A stretch of 32,000 bases of DNA from Nitrososphaerota archaeon (lineage in GTDB: Archaea > Thermoproteota > Nitrososphaeria > Nitrososphaerales > UBA57). Below are positions 1 through 8,924 of this stretch, in pieces; the first letter of the stretch is position 1, and each line of letters begins with the position of its first letter. The DNA lies in assembly GCA_016871995.1 (NCBI GenBank), contig VHBL01000006.1:1-32000 (forward strand). Reading direction: 5' to 3'. The notes beneath the pieces are model-generated. The model saw nothing but the letters and a program-made list of their open reading frames with translations, was not told the origin of the DNA and ran no database searches. A program made the translations under genes and the position numbers.

Positions 1-113
1 CAGATGCTGCTCTTTGCACCAATAGTAACATCTCCAATAAGCGTAGCACTTTTTGCGATGTATGCGCTCTTGTGAACCTTTGGCTTCTTCCCGCTGAACG
101 CAAGTAGTGGCAT
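1..113 (-). CDS. N-terminal part of a hexapeptide-repeat (LbH) gamma-carbonic-anhydrase-like protein; continues past the window edge
   Basis: Minus-strand ATG at 113..111 translates to MPLLAFSGKKPKVHKSAYIAKSATLIGDVTIGAKSSI, a typical gamma-CA/YrdA-type N-terminus. It starts 1 nt after the stop (115..117) of the upstream ORF. Confidence 0.55.
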   Translation of the reverse strand, partial: MPLLAFSGKKPKVHKSAYIAKSATLIGDVTIGAKSSI

Positions 114-114
114 G

Positions 115-549
115 TCATATCTCCATAAGGTTGAGGCCTGTCAATTTGTCATATTTGCGTTTGATCCTAAGGTTCTTGTATTCGTTCATCATCAATTCGC
201 ATGCAAAGAGCTCTGTCCCTTCAAGCAAATGCCCCCCAAACGCTCTGCCCTCCTTATCGCTCAGAACCAGATGTGCATGAACTACCATCTTCCCTTCTAA
301 TTCGGAAACATTGCCTATGCAGGAAACTATCTCCATCGGTTCATTGAACTCCAGCGAGTTATACTTCTTTGTTGTCTGGTCATAATAGCTCAACTTAGCT
401 TTTCGGACGGCCCCGATAGCAGTAAAGGATGCAGACTGAAGTTTTACTTTTGTCACGATGTCTTTTATTGAATTTAGAAGGTCTGATCCATAAGGAAGCT
501 TGGCTACATAGGATTTGGAGATTTCAGCTTGCACAAACGACATAATCAC
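115..549 (-). CDS. PPC/DUF296-domain protein (PD1-like DNA-binding family)
   Basis: 144 aa ORF. Pattern FTAIGAV...L.YYD...EI.S..GN......HAH..L.D..G.AFGGHL..G...FA.EL is characteristic of DUF296. The track start at 549 is GTG; the in-frame ATG at 543 is more likely. Confidence 0.6.
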   Translation of the reverse strand: MIMSFVQAEISKSYVAKLPYGSDLLNSIKDIVTKVKLQSASFTAIGAVRKAKLSYYDQTTKKYNSLEFNEPMEIVSCIGNVSELEGKMVVHAHLVLSDKEGRAFGGHLLEGTELFACELMMNEYKNLRIKRKYDKLTGLNLMEI

Positions 550-592
550 GCTTGCAAACCACTAAGCAATTAACTCTTTAATCTGCTGAACC

Positions 593-600
593 TTTTATAT
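593..600 (+). promoter_or_regulatory. TATA-like box for mdh (leaderless or near-leaderless transcript)
   Basis: TTTTATAT is centred about 27 nt upstream of the mdh ATG at 625. No Shine-Dalgarno-like spacer is present. Confidence 0.4.
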
Positions 601-624
601 CTACAAAAAAGGAAAGGGCAAGTT

Positions 625-1536
625 ATGATTGCGATTATCGGTTCAGGTAGAGTTGGCACATCAATTGCCTTGCAATTGATTAGCAGAGAACTCGATGACA
701 TTACGCTGATCGATATAGTTAAGGGCTTGCCTCAAGGGGAAGCACTTGACCTCGGTCACACGGCTTCAGAAATGGGCTCAGATGTCAGTATACATGGGTC
801 GAACGATTACGCAGACATTAAGGGAGCCAATATCGTGATCGTTACGGCAGGGCTGGCAAGAAAGCCCGGCATGTCAAGGTTAGACCTTGCAATGAAGAAT
901 GCTGAAATCATAAAGCCAATTTCGCTGGAGATAAAGCGTTATGCACCAGATTCAAAGGTCATCATAGTAACAAACCCGCTTGATGTGGTGACTTACGTTG
1001 CATTCAAGATAACGGGCTTTCCAAAGAACAGAGTCTTTGGTATGGGAGGGATGCTAGACCTCTCCAGACTGAAATATGCTCTAGCAACGAGATTGGGGAT
1101 GTCAAGGGCCTCTATTCGGGCCCTAGTCATTGGAGAGCATGGAGAGAACATGGTGCCTCTGGCTAGGTATTCCTCAGTTGGAGGAATACCAATAACATCT
1201 CTATTATCAAAAAATGATCTAGATGAAGCTGCAGAAGATGCAAGGAAGGTAGCTGCAGAAGTCATTGCGCTGAAGGGAGCTACAAACTTCGCACCTGCCA
1301 ACGGCGTAGCTGGGATGGTCGAATCCATTGCAAGGGATAGGAAGACGCTTGTTGCCGCTAGCACTTACCTTGAAGGAGAGTATGGAGTTAATGGTATCTG
1401 TATAGGTGTGCCGGTGATACTTGGAAGCAACGGCGTCGAAAAGATAGTTCAGATCGAACTTGACGCAGACGAGAAGAACAGGTTCATGGAAGGCGTGAAA
1501 GTCCTCAAAGAAGCAGTCGCCAGCATCACACTCTAG
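625..1536 (+). CDS. mdh: Malate dehydrogenase (LDH-like MDH family)
   Basis: 303 aa. N-terminal Rossmann motif IIGSGRVGTS, VTNPLD, and a catalytic-loop GEHG motif. Confidence 0.9.
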   Translation: MIAIIGSGRVGTSIALQLISRELDDITLIDIVKGLPQGEALDLGHTASEMGSDVSIHGSNDYADIKGANIVIVTAGLARKPGMSRLDLAMKNAEIIKPISLEIKRYAPDSKVIIVTNPLDVVTYVAFKITGFPKNRVFGMGGMLDLSRLKYALATRLGMSRASIRALVIGEHGENMVPLARYSSVGGIPITSLLSKNDLDEAAEDARKVAAEVIALKGATNFAPANGVAGMVESIARDRKTLVAASTYLEGEYGVNGICIGVPVILGSNGVEKIVQIELDADEKNRFMEGVKVLKEAVASITL

Positions 1537-2569
1537 CTGTAGCAGAATTTCCTTTAATTCTCTTGACTTCTTCTGTAATTAGAGGCAGAACCTTAAACAA
1601 ATCACCGACAATACCAAAGTTGCAGAACTTGAAGATTGGTGCGTTTGGATCGTTGTTTATTGCAACTATGAACTCCGAATTCTCCATCCCTACTCTATGT
1701 TGAACCGATCCTGAAATCCCTATCGCAAAATAGAGCTTTGGAGACACGGTCTTCCCACTCTGTCCTACCTGCCTATCTCTAGCCAGCCAGCCTCTTTCAA
1801 CTACGGGCCTAGAAGCACCTGACGAGGCTCCGATGGTCTTCACAAATTCCTCGAATATCTGCATATTCTCTCTGCTCCCGAAACCCATCCCTGCAGATGC
1901 AACTATTGGAGACTTTACAAGATCGTCTGAGCCTTCAACCCTAGCCTTCTCAACATTCAAAATTTTCGTACGTATGTCATCAGGTTTGAGTTCCACCTTG
2001 ACCTTCTGCACCTTTGTTTTTGAACTTCTGGGCTCGAGCTTTTTGAACGCACCCGGCCTTACAGTGACCATCTGTGGCCTTGTCTTTGTCAGTATTTCGG
2101 AGAGGTCTTTGCCGCCGAAATCTGGTCTTATTTGAATCAGCTGTTTACTTTCATTCACTTTCAGGTCCGTGCAGTCAGCAGCAAGGCCTGTCTTCAGCCT
2201 AGCAGCCATCTTAGAAGCTAAATCTCTGCAGTTCGGAGTCGCGGGGAAGAGAACTACGGACGGTTTGTAATCCAAGACTATCTTAGCTAGAACCTTGGTG
2301 TATGCATCTGAAGTATAATGCCCAAGAAGATCATGCTCTGCCACTATGACCTTCTCCGCCCCATATGCTGTCAGAATCTTCCCGAACTCAGATACATCAC
2401 TCCCTAGCATTACCGCCGTGATATCCTCCTGCAACAATTCCTTCAATCGGTAGGCAGCAGCCAAAAGTTCGAGGCTTGCATCTCTAGGCTTTCCACCCTT
2501 TGTTTCAGCATATACGAAGATGCCTTTCCAGTCATCGATCTTTGAAGCTGCAGGTGCTTGAGCCATCAT
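1526..2569 (-). CDS. etfA: Electron transfer flavoprotein alpha subunit (EtfA/FixB)
   Basis: 347 aa. C-terminal FAD-binding region LYFAIGISGSVQHRVGM...VAINNDPNAPIF. 4-nt start/stop overlap with etfB. Confidence 0.9.
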   Translation of the reverse strand: MMAQAPAASKIDDWKGIFVYAETKGGKPRDASLELLAAAYRLKELLQEDITAVMLGSDVSEFGKILTAYGAEKVIVAEHDLLGHYTSDAYTKVLAKIVLDYKPSVVLFPATPNCRDLASKMAARLKTGLAADCTDLKVNESKQLIQIRPDFGGKDLSEILTKTRPQMVTVRPGAFKKLEPRSSKTKVQKVKVELKPDDIRTKILNVEKARVEGSDDLVKSPIVASAGMGFGSRENMQIFEEFVKTIGASSGASRPVVERGWLARDRQVGQSGKTVSPKLYFAIGISGSVQHRVGMENSEFIVAINNDPNAPIFKFCNFGIVGDLFKVLPLITEEVKRIKGNSATARV

Positions 2570-3372
2570 TCAGAACCCTTGATTAGTTGCTTTTCAATTA
2601 GGATATTCATCAGTTCGCTTACAGATTCTTTCGAATCCCCTGATTTTATCATCCCGCCGGGCTTTGGCGGAGGGGGATACACCTTAGAAACCCACGTAGG
2701 AGAACCCTTCAGCCCGTAAAGGCTCAGGTCCCCTCCAAGCTCTGCAGCGTTCACGACGCGAATCTCCTTCTTCTTCGTCTTGATAACTTCTCGGAGGGTG
2801 GGGAGCCTCGGCTTGTTCAGACCCTCCATGACTCCTAGCAGAATAGGGGTTGGAGCTTCAACAGTTTCGATCTGGCTTTCGACCTCTCTTTTTACTATGA
2901 CTTTCTTCTGATCTGGAAAGACTTCCACGCTTTTGGCATATGCCACGTGTGGAATGTCGAGCTGCTCCGCAACTTGTATCCCAGTCTGCCCAGTTTCTGC
3001 ATCTATAGCCCTCCTCCCGCAGATTATAAGATCGAAATCTTTTCGAAACGTTTTGATCGCCTTTGCAAGAGTGTAAGCGGTGGCAAGAGTGTCAGCGGCT
3101 GCAAATGTTCTGTCGCTGAGAAGAATCGCATCATCAGCACCCATTGATAGGCATTCGAATAGAGCTGCTTTTGCCTGAGGGGGACCCATGCTCAAAATCG
3201 TGATTCTTCCTCCATGTTTCTCCCTGATTCGGAGAGACTCTTCAACGCCTATTCTGTCATCAGGGTTTACGATACTGGGCACTCCCTCCCTGATCACGTT
3301 GTGTGTGATCGGGTCAATTCTGAGCTCTGCAACATCTGGAACCTGCTTGACACAGACTACTATGCTGACCAA
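2566..3372 (-). CDS. etfB: Electron transfer flavoprotein beta subunit (EtfB/FixA)
   Basis: 268 aa. N-terminus IVVCVKQVPD...NPDD is typical of EtfB. Confidence 0.9.
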   Translation of the reverse strand: MVSIVVCVKQVPDVAELRIDPITHNVIREGVPSIVNPDDRIGVEESLRIREKHGGRITILSMGPPQAKAALFECLSMGADDAILLSDRTFAAADTLATAYTLAKAIKTFRKDFDLIICGRRAIDAETGQTGIQVAEQLDIPHVAYAKSVEVFPDQKKVIVKREVESQIETVEAPTPILLGVMEGLNKPRLPTLREVIKTKKKEIRVVNAAELGGDLSLYGLKGSPTWVSKVYPPPPKPGGMIKSGDSKESVSELMNILIEKQLIKGSE

Positions 3373-3378
3373 AAATGA

Positions 3379-3648
3379 TCACCCGAACCTAAAATTCACG
3401 CCCTTCCCTGCTGGTGGCGATGTAACCCTGATCTTGTCGAAGGGGCAGACAACCTCGCAGGCCCCGCATTCTAAGCACCCTTCATATGATATGATCAACT
3501 TCCCTTTATCCCAGTTGTAGTCATCTACGGGGCATACGAAGGTGCAGGGCTTAAGGCTGCATTCAGTACACTTGCTCGTATCTACGATTAGATGGTTCTC
3601 TTCATGCACGTTGAACCGGTCTAGAAACAGTCTCTCTTCCAGCTTCAC
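3379..3648 (-). CDS. fixX: FixX-type ferredoxin-like protein
   Basis: 89 aa with Cys clusters (CTECSLKPCTFVCP, CLECGACEVVCP). Lies between fixC and etfB and overlaps the fixC stop by 4 nt. Confidence 0.85.
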   Translation of the reverse strand: MKLEERLFLDRFNVHEENHLIVDTSKCTECSLKPCTFVCPVDDYNWDKGKLIISYEGCLECGACEVVCPFDKIRVTSPPAGKGVNFRFG

Positions 3649-4943
3649 GGTGCCATCCCTCTTACAGAATAGGCATCACGAATAGCCCTCAATACTCCAA
3701 CCTTCTGCCTAAATTTCTTTATCGCTCTTTTATGTTTTAGACTCTTCGGCTCGCTGTCTATATGTAGCATGTCTGCCAAAAGCTCTCCAACAAGGTCAGG
3801 GTAGACTCCAAATAGCCTTTGATTCTGGATTAACTGCTTGTGAGAGCTTGATTTTCTCTTCATCTCCTTCATCACATAACTCTCGTCAAGCATCTTCTGG
3901 TATATTGAAAGTGATTTTGCAGAAAAATCGTTGCTTTTCTTCGCATGTAAAGCTACCTTGCCAACCATCATTCCAGAGGCCATTGCGAGGTTAGTTCCCT
4001 CTGGATAAGAGCACAGATATGCTGCGTCACCAGCTATCATTACGCCATTACCATACATTCTTGGCAATCTGCTGTACCCAGCTTCAGGTATAAGGTGAGC
4101 AGAATATTCCTTGGCCTTGCCCCCAGCAATCAGAGGCTCGATCATAGAATGCGATTTGAATTCATCCAGGAGCTGGTAGGGTTTCATCTGCAGCTCCATA
4201 AGATGTGAAAGCAGGATTACTACTCCAACGCTCAGACTGTTAGAGTTTGTATAGACAAAGCCGCCGCCCATCTTACCATGCGTGCACCCTATAGTCTCCA
4301 TTCTGGCACCTTCGCCTTTTCTGAGATTGAACCTTGCCTCGATAGTTTCAGCTGGTAATTCGATGACTTCTTTTACGCCTATGGCGACCTCGTCTGGATT
4401 TGGAGCGCTTCTCAAGTTTGCTTTTACTGCTACGCTTGAGTTTACGCCATCGGCCCCTATGACCACATCTGCATAGAGCTCGTTTTCTGCACCCTGCCCT
4501 GCCCTTATGCCTACAACTTTACCATTTTCTTCTATGACATCGTCAACGGCAATTGAAGTTGCCAGCATGACTCCAGCTTCTTCTGCCCTTGATGCGTACC
4601 ATCGGTCAAACTTTGCCCTGATTGCTGTATAGCCGTTGTAAGGAGCCTTGCCCTTTCCATCTACCTTGAAGCTCATCAGGAGACCAGAGTCTTTCGACAT
4701 GACCATGAATCGCTGATCTACTATCTGCCTTTCTAGGGGAGCAGTCTCCCAGAACTTTGGAACTATCTCTTCCAGAGGCCATCGATAAAGAACACCGCCG
4801 AAGACGTTCTTTGCCCCGGGGTATTCACCCCTCTCCAGCAGGGCTACTCTCATTCCTTCTTTGGCCATTGTGAGGGCTGCGGTTGTCCCAGCAGGGCCAG
4901 CACCAACTACTATGGCATCGAACTTTTCTCCGTCAGCGTGCAT
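3645..4943 (-). CDS. fixC: FixC-type FAD-dependent ETF-quinone oxidoreductase-like protein
   Basis: 432 aa. FAD-binding motif DAIVVGAGPAGTTAA...LLERG and GDAA motif (IAGDAAYL). First gene of the fixC-fixX-etfB-etfA operon. Confidence 0.85.
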   Translation of the reverse strand: MHADGEKFDAIVVGAGPAGTTAALTMAKEGMRVALLERGEYPGAKNVFGGVLYRWPLEEIVPKFWETAPLERQIVDQRFMVMSKDSGLLMSFKVDGKGKAPYNGYTAIRAKFDRWYASRAEEAGVMLATSIAVDDVIEENGKVVGIRAGQGAENELYADVVIGADGVNSSVAVKANLRSAPNPDEVAIGVKEVIELPAETIEARFNLRKGEGARMETIGCTHGKMGGGFVYTNSNSLSVGVVILLSHLMELQMKPYQLLDEFKSHSMIEPLIAGGKAKEYSAHLIPEAGYSRLPRMYGNGVMIAGDAAYLCSYPEGTNLAMASGMMVGKVALHAKKSNDFSAKSLSIYQKMLDESYVMKEMKRKSSSHKQLIQNQRLFGVYPDLVGELLADMLHIDSEPKSLKHKRAIKKFRQKVGVLRAIRDAYSVRGMAP

Positions 4944-5053
4944 TTTGCAGCCCTTCTGTATAACATCTATTATTTATTTCGCAGAATCTCAGAAATGCTT
5001 GAATACCGGACAAACTAATATGCAACCCCTTTTCTTGCTGATAGGGTTGAACC

Positions 5054-7084
5054 TTGAAACTAAAGAGCTTCCGCGTCATGAACTACAGGAGCATCGAAGA
5101 CTCTGGAGATGTCCCAGTCAGTGATTATACCGCACTGGTAGGCAAGAACGAGAGCGGAAAGACTTCGTGTCTAAAGGCTATCCATAAGTTCAATCCCACT
5201 CAACCAGAACCTTTTGATGGATTGCGGGAGTTCCCTCGCAACCGTTTTCACGAATTTACGGGCACTGAGCCAGTAGTTTCATTGACCTTTGCCTTATCTG
5301 ATGAGGAGGTTAACAAGCTCGCAGCCATAAACCAGAGGTTCAAGGATTCCAATATTATCAGAATTACCAGAGATTACACAGGCGGCTACAGGTTCGAGTT
5401 TCCTGAAATCGATAACCCTCCGCATATAACGAAAGAGATCGTTGTTAACCTGATAGGCCAGATCAAGGATACTGGCTCAAACAGCTTAGGCGGGACTGCC
5501 GAAGGGAGACCGCTGCAAGAACAGCTTGTGGAAGTTCTGAACAAGATTATCGCTGGGCTGAGCGATACCTTCGATGCGAGGTCGCCTGAACAAAAGAAGA
5601 AGCTCTTGGAGCAGTTGCAGGACGTCCGTTCAATGATAGCATACTCCAACGCTGCTGTCGATACGACGCTAGTAGTAGATGTCATTGAGCAAGTTATACA
5701 AATCATAAATGGAGACACTCTGCCAGAGGTTCAGGCATATCTCAGGCAGGCGATGCCCAAGTTTATCTACTTCGACAATTATTCGATAATAAACAGCAGG
5801 ATTCACATACCATTTTACCTGCAGAGGCTGAAAGCTGGTGCCCTGACACCTGAAGATAAAACAACCAGAACGTTGTTCAGGCTTGTCAATCTTGATCCAG
5901 AGATTCTAATGAGACTCGGAAATGCGGAGGGGAAGAGCCCTGAACGACTGCAGAAGGATATTGACGAAAGAACGGTCAGGATGAGTAGGGCTAGCATGGT
6001 CATGAGCGGGGACCTTGCTGAAATCTGGGGGCAGAAGAGAAACAGGGTCGAATTCAGGCTGGACGGTGATTTTATCAGGCTCTGGATCGCGGATGCGGAA
6101 GGTTCTACCATCGAGCTTGAACAGAGAGGGAAAGGTTTCCAATGGTTTCTTTCGTTCTACGCAGTATTCAACGGAGAGTCCGAAGCAGGCCACAAAAACG
6201 CCATTCTGTTGCTCGATGAACCCGGTATGAACCTGCATGCTTCGAGTCAGGCCGCCTTGGTAAAGTTCCTTAGAAGGCTTTGCAAGAAGAACCAGTTGAT
6301 CTATACTACGCATTCGCCATTCATGATAGATATGGATGCGCTTGACACTGTAAGGACAGTTTCGGAGAGCAGAGGTACAGGAGCAACGATTTCTGCAGAT
6401 GCTTGGAGCAAGGACAAAGACTCTTTATTCCCGCTGCAGGCAGCGTTGTATTACTCTGTTTCCCAGCCGCTACTTGCCGCCCAGAACAACCTTATCGTGC
6501 AGGACATCACCGACTTCTGGTACGTGGCAGGCTTCTCTGATATGTTCAAGCAGCACAATCTGGCTCATCTCAGCGACAAAGTTGTCATAACGCCTGCAGG
6601 AGGGGCAAGCAACTGCGTCCTGCTCTCTGCCATGCTGTCGACTCAGAACCAGAACGTATGCGTGTTATTGAACTCTGATGCAGTTGGGGAGAAGGTCAAG
6701 GAGGATTTACTGAAGACCAAGATTTTGCAGCAGAACAAAATCATCTACGTAAACCAAGTTGGCGGGAAGAAAAGGGATATGGAGTTTGAAGATCTATTTC
6801 CAGAAGAATTCTACCTTAACTATGTCAATAGGGCCTATGCTAAAGAATTGGCAGACAGCCCCATGACTTCTCAAGTCCCCTTGCATGGTCCAACCATACG
6901 CAACAAGATCGAGCAGTACCTTACACTAAGAGGAGCGGAGTTTCACAGGAGCAGGCCAGCACGCATAATGTTAGAGGATTTACGTAGTATGAAGGCGAGC
7001 GATCTTCCAGAGGAATTTGTCAAGACTATGGAAAACCTGTTTACCATGATAAACGAAGCTCTGCTTCCGCCGCAGGGCGATTAA
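5054..7084 (+). CDS. OLD-family-like protein: N-terminal ABC/AAA15-type ATPase with a long helical insert, C-terminal Toprim-like domain
   Basis: 676 aa with a TTG start; the N-terminus MKLKSFRVMNYRSI matches the family. Walker A GKNESGKT (aa 30-37), signature-like RGKGFQWFLSF (358-368), Walker B ILLLDEP (384-390), H-loop TTHSPF. Toprim-like LIVQDITD (480-487), ITPAGGASN (512-520), VLLNSDAVGE (537-546). Confidence 0.7.
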   Translation: MKLKSFRVMNYRSIEDSGDVPVSDYTALVGKNESGKTSCLKAIHKFNPTQPEPFDGLREFPRNRFHEFTGTEPVVSLTFALSDEEVNKLAAINQRFKDSNIIRITRDYTGGYRFEFPEIDNPPHITKEIVVNLIGQIKDTGSNSLGGTAEGRPLQEQLVEVLNKIIAGLSDTFDARSPEQKKKLLEQLQDVRSMIAYSNAAVDTTLVVDVIEQVIQIINGDTLPEVQAYLRQAMPKFIYFDNYSIINSRIHIPFYLQRLKAGALTPEDKTTRTLFRLVNLDPEILMRLGNAEGKSPERLQKDIDERTVRMSRASMVMSGDLAEIWGQKRNRVEFRLDGDFIRLWIADAEGSTIELEQRGKGFQWFLSFYAVFNGESEAGHKNAILLLDEPGMNLHASSQAALVKFLRRLCKKNQLIYTTHSPFMIDMDALDTVRTVSESRGTGATISADAWSKDKDSLFPLQAALYYSVSQPLLAAQNNLIVQDITDFWYVAGFSDMFKQHNLAHLSDKVVITPAGGASNCVLLSAMLSTQNQNVCVLLNSDAVGEKVKEDLLKTKILQQNKIIYVNQVGGKKRDMEFEDLFPEEFYLNYVNRAYAKELADSPMTSQVPLHGPTIRNKIEQYLTLRGAEFHRSRPARIMLEDLRSMKASDLPEEFVKTMENLFTMINEALLPPQGD

Positions 7085-7284
7085 TGCATCAGGGTTTCTT
7101 CGGACTTCTCGTGCCTGTGCCTGTCCATGTGAATATAGCAGAAGGTTGCTCCGCATTCCCTGCAAGTCAGATAGTACCCATAACCCAGTCTCCTGCCGCA
7201 GTAGCCGCATGTGGGCCTTTTCTTCTGCTGTGTAGCTGGAGAGCTCAATTCTAACTCTTGCAGTTCTCCAGAGACTATTGACAT
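7081..7284 (-). CDS. Small zinc-ribbon protein (hypothetical)
   Basis: 67 aa with CGYCG...CRECG (two CxxC pairs) plus a His-rich tail HMDRHRH. An AT-rich TATA-like stretch lies about 20-28 nt upstream of the ATG. There is no homology support. Confidence 0.4.
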   Translation of the reverse strand: MSIVSGELQELELSSPATQQKKRPTCGYCGRRLGYGYYLTCRECGATFCYIHMDRHRHEKSEETLMH

Positions 7285-7537
7285 TAAATCGCAAAGTCAT
7301 AATAATTTTGCAATAATGTAATAGAAATTCCCTAAAAGGTTCATGCCTGCCTGTGCTTATTTGGCATATAGTACTAGTTATAGAGCTCATTTCCTTGTTT
7401 TTGTATATAAACTCAAAACACCTCATGCACTGCAAAATTTGCTATTGATCGTATTTAGACCCGAAAATTTGATAAGGTGAGAATTTTAGCTCAAAAAGTC
7501 CTATTTTTAGCGGTTGGGCTTTCCCCATTAAGCCAAG

Positions 7538-8485
7538 TTAGTGTGCTAACCCCTTGACGATCTCCAGCCAAGCTCTTGCAACGTTATCCAGATTGTAGCC
7601 GCCTCCTCCCATAGCAACAACCTTCCCTTTGCAGAACCTTTCGCTCATAGCGTACAGATTTTCCGCTGCGAATTTATGGCAATCTGGAGTATATCGTAAA
7701 TGAGTAATAGGATCGCCTGCTAGGCCGTCTGCACCGCACTGCAACAGGATCAGTTCTGGCTCAGCCCTTTTTGCAAACTGCATAACTCTTGCGAAGGCTT
7801 TTTTGAACTCTTGAAGTCCTGCACCAGCATCCATGACGATATTCATCTTCCTTCCAGAAGCCTTTCCAGAGCCGATTTCATTTTCGAAACCTGTTCCCGG
7901 GAATAGAAACCTTCCGTCCTCGTGCATGTCAGCAATCCAGACCTCTGGATCGTTGTAGAATTCGTAGAATACTCCGTCTCCGTGATGTGCGTCAATGTCA
8001 ACGTACAGAATTCTGTCAAGTTTGTACTTTGATTTGGCTATCATTATCGCTATCGCTGCATCGTTGAAGACGCAGAAACCCGAGGCTTTGTCTCTCCAAG
8101 CATGGTGCAATCCTCCAACGGGGTTGAAGGCGTTTGAGGTTCTGTCGGACATCACCATATCTAAAGCTCTGAGAGTAGTTCCTACTACGTAGAGAGATGC
8201 TTCAAAGACGCCTTTGAATGCTGGCGTGTCTCCTCTGTCTAAATAGCCACTTCCAACTTGCGAGGCTTTCTTCACGAACTCCACGTATTCCGGTATGTGG
8301 AATGACAAAACGTCAGTTTCGCTTGCTAATACTGGCTCACATACCTGCACCTTTTCGGATTTTGCAATTCCTTCTTGGTTTGCCAGCTCCCAGAACTTTT
8401 CTACCCTTTCTACCCTGAAGGGATGTCCTGCTGGAAAAGCGTATTTGCGGAGGGCTTCTCCGTAAAAGAGGGCAAATTTCTGCAT
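7538..8485 (-). CDS. Zn-dependent deacetylase of the histone deacetylase/AcuC/AphA family
   Basis: 315 aa. Motifs GGLHHA, DIDAHHGDG and GGGGY are characteristic of the HDAC superfamily. Confidence 0.9.
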   Translation of the reverse strand: MQKFALFYGEALRKYAFPAGHPFRVERVEKFWELANQEGIAKSEKVQVCEPVLASETDVLSFHIPEYVEFVKKASQVGSGYLDRGDTPAFKGVFEASLYVVGTTLRALDMVMSDRTSNAFNPVGGLHHAWRDKASGFCVFNDAAIAIMIAKSKYKLDRILYVDIDAHHGDGVFYEFYNDPEVWIADMHEDGRFLFPGTGFENEIGSGKASGRKMNIVMDAGAGLQEFKKAFARVMQFAKRAEPELILLQCGADGLAGDPITHLRYTPDCHKFAAENLYAMSERFCKGKVVAMGGGGYNLDNVARAWLEIVKGLAH

Positions 8486-8595
8486 CAGCAGGGAAACTTT
8501 AACATGAATAATTAAAGATAAGATCTAAGGCTGTTCAAACTATGGCCACTAGAAGACTATCAAAAATTTGGCAGGTTTGTATTTATTCGGCTTGC

Positions 8596-8793
8596 TCAGA
8601 TTTTTCCACTAGCTTTTCCTAGACCCCTAGCCAATATGAAAATAAAAACTGCAATGAATACTGCAGCAAGTATCAAGGAGGATTGCCAACCTAAATCAGT
8701 TAAAGCTTTGATACCGAATTGTTGTCCTGTAATAGAGAAAAATACAATTACGATTGCTATTACAAATATTAATGTAAATACCACTAAGGACAA
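8596..8793 (-). CDS. Small two-TM membrane protein (hypothetical)
   Basis: 65 aa with a TTG start and two hydrophobic helices (VVFTLIFVIAIVIVFF, LILAAVFIAVFIFIL). Supported only by ORF length and hydropathy. Confidence 0.3.
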   Translation of the reverse strand: MSLVVFTLIFVIAIVIVFFSITGQQFGIKALTDLGWQSSLILAAVFIAVFIFILARGLGKASGKI

Positions 8794-8924
8794 AGCTCAT
8801 GATTCCAGCCGTTTCTCGCTTAATTTGCACCTGCGAGATTAGAAAATGCAATTTGTACTTAACCCCGCCTATCGCTTGTCTATTTAGGATTTTAGTTAAA
8901 CTCTCCGGAAATAGCCATCCAATC

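Noticed and set aside
5054-5062. Identical TTGAAACTA at the starts of the OLD-like gene (5054) and the propeller gene (19901)
   Set aside because: A 9-nt match at two sites in 32 kb encoding M-K-L is readily explained by chance, and there is no extended similarity.
6980-7435. 151-aa minus-strand ORF spanning the OLD-like gene end and the downstream spacer
   Set aside because: It overlaps the conserved C-terminus of the ATPase and runs through the AT-rich spacer. Its sequence is Cys/Arg/Leu-rich and patternless. The 67-aa CxxC zinc-ribbon frame is the more plausible reading of this region.
7340-7537. About 200 bp with no credible ORF between the Zn-ribbon promoter and the deacetylase stop, considered as a possible ncRNA or element boundary
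   Set aside because: I could see no tRNA-like, C/D-box or H/ACA-like structure, no long repeats and no att-like duplication with the 4944..5053 flank. It contains only short palindromes (GCAAA-A-TTTGC) and T-runs consistent with a terminator/promoter spacer. I leave it unassigned rather than claiming a feature.
4944-7537. Idea that the OLD-like gene plus Zn-ribbon ORF form a mobile island
   Set aside because: No integrase, transposase, flanking direct repeats or tRNA target are present, and there is no obvious GC shift by eye. Accessory status remains possible, but mobility is unsupported from this sequence.
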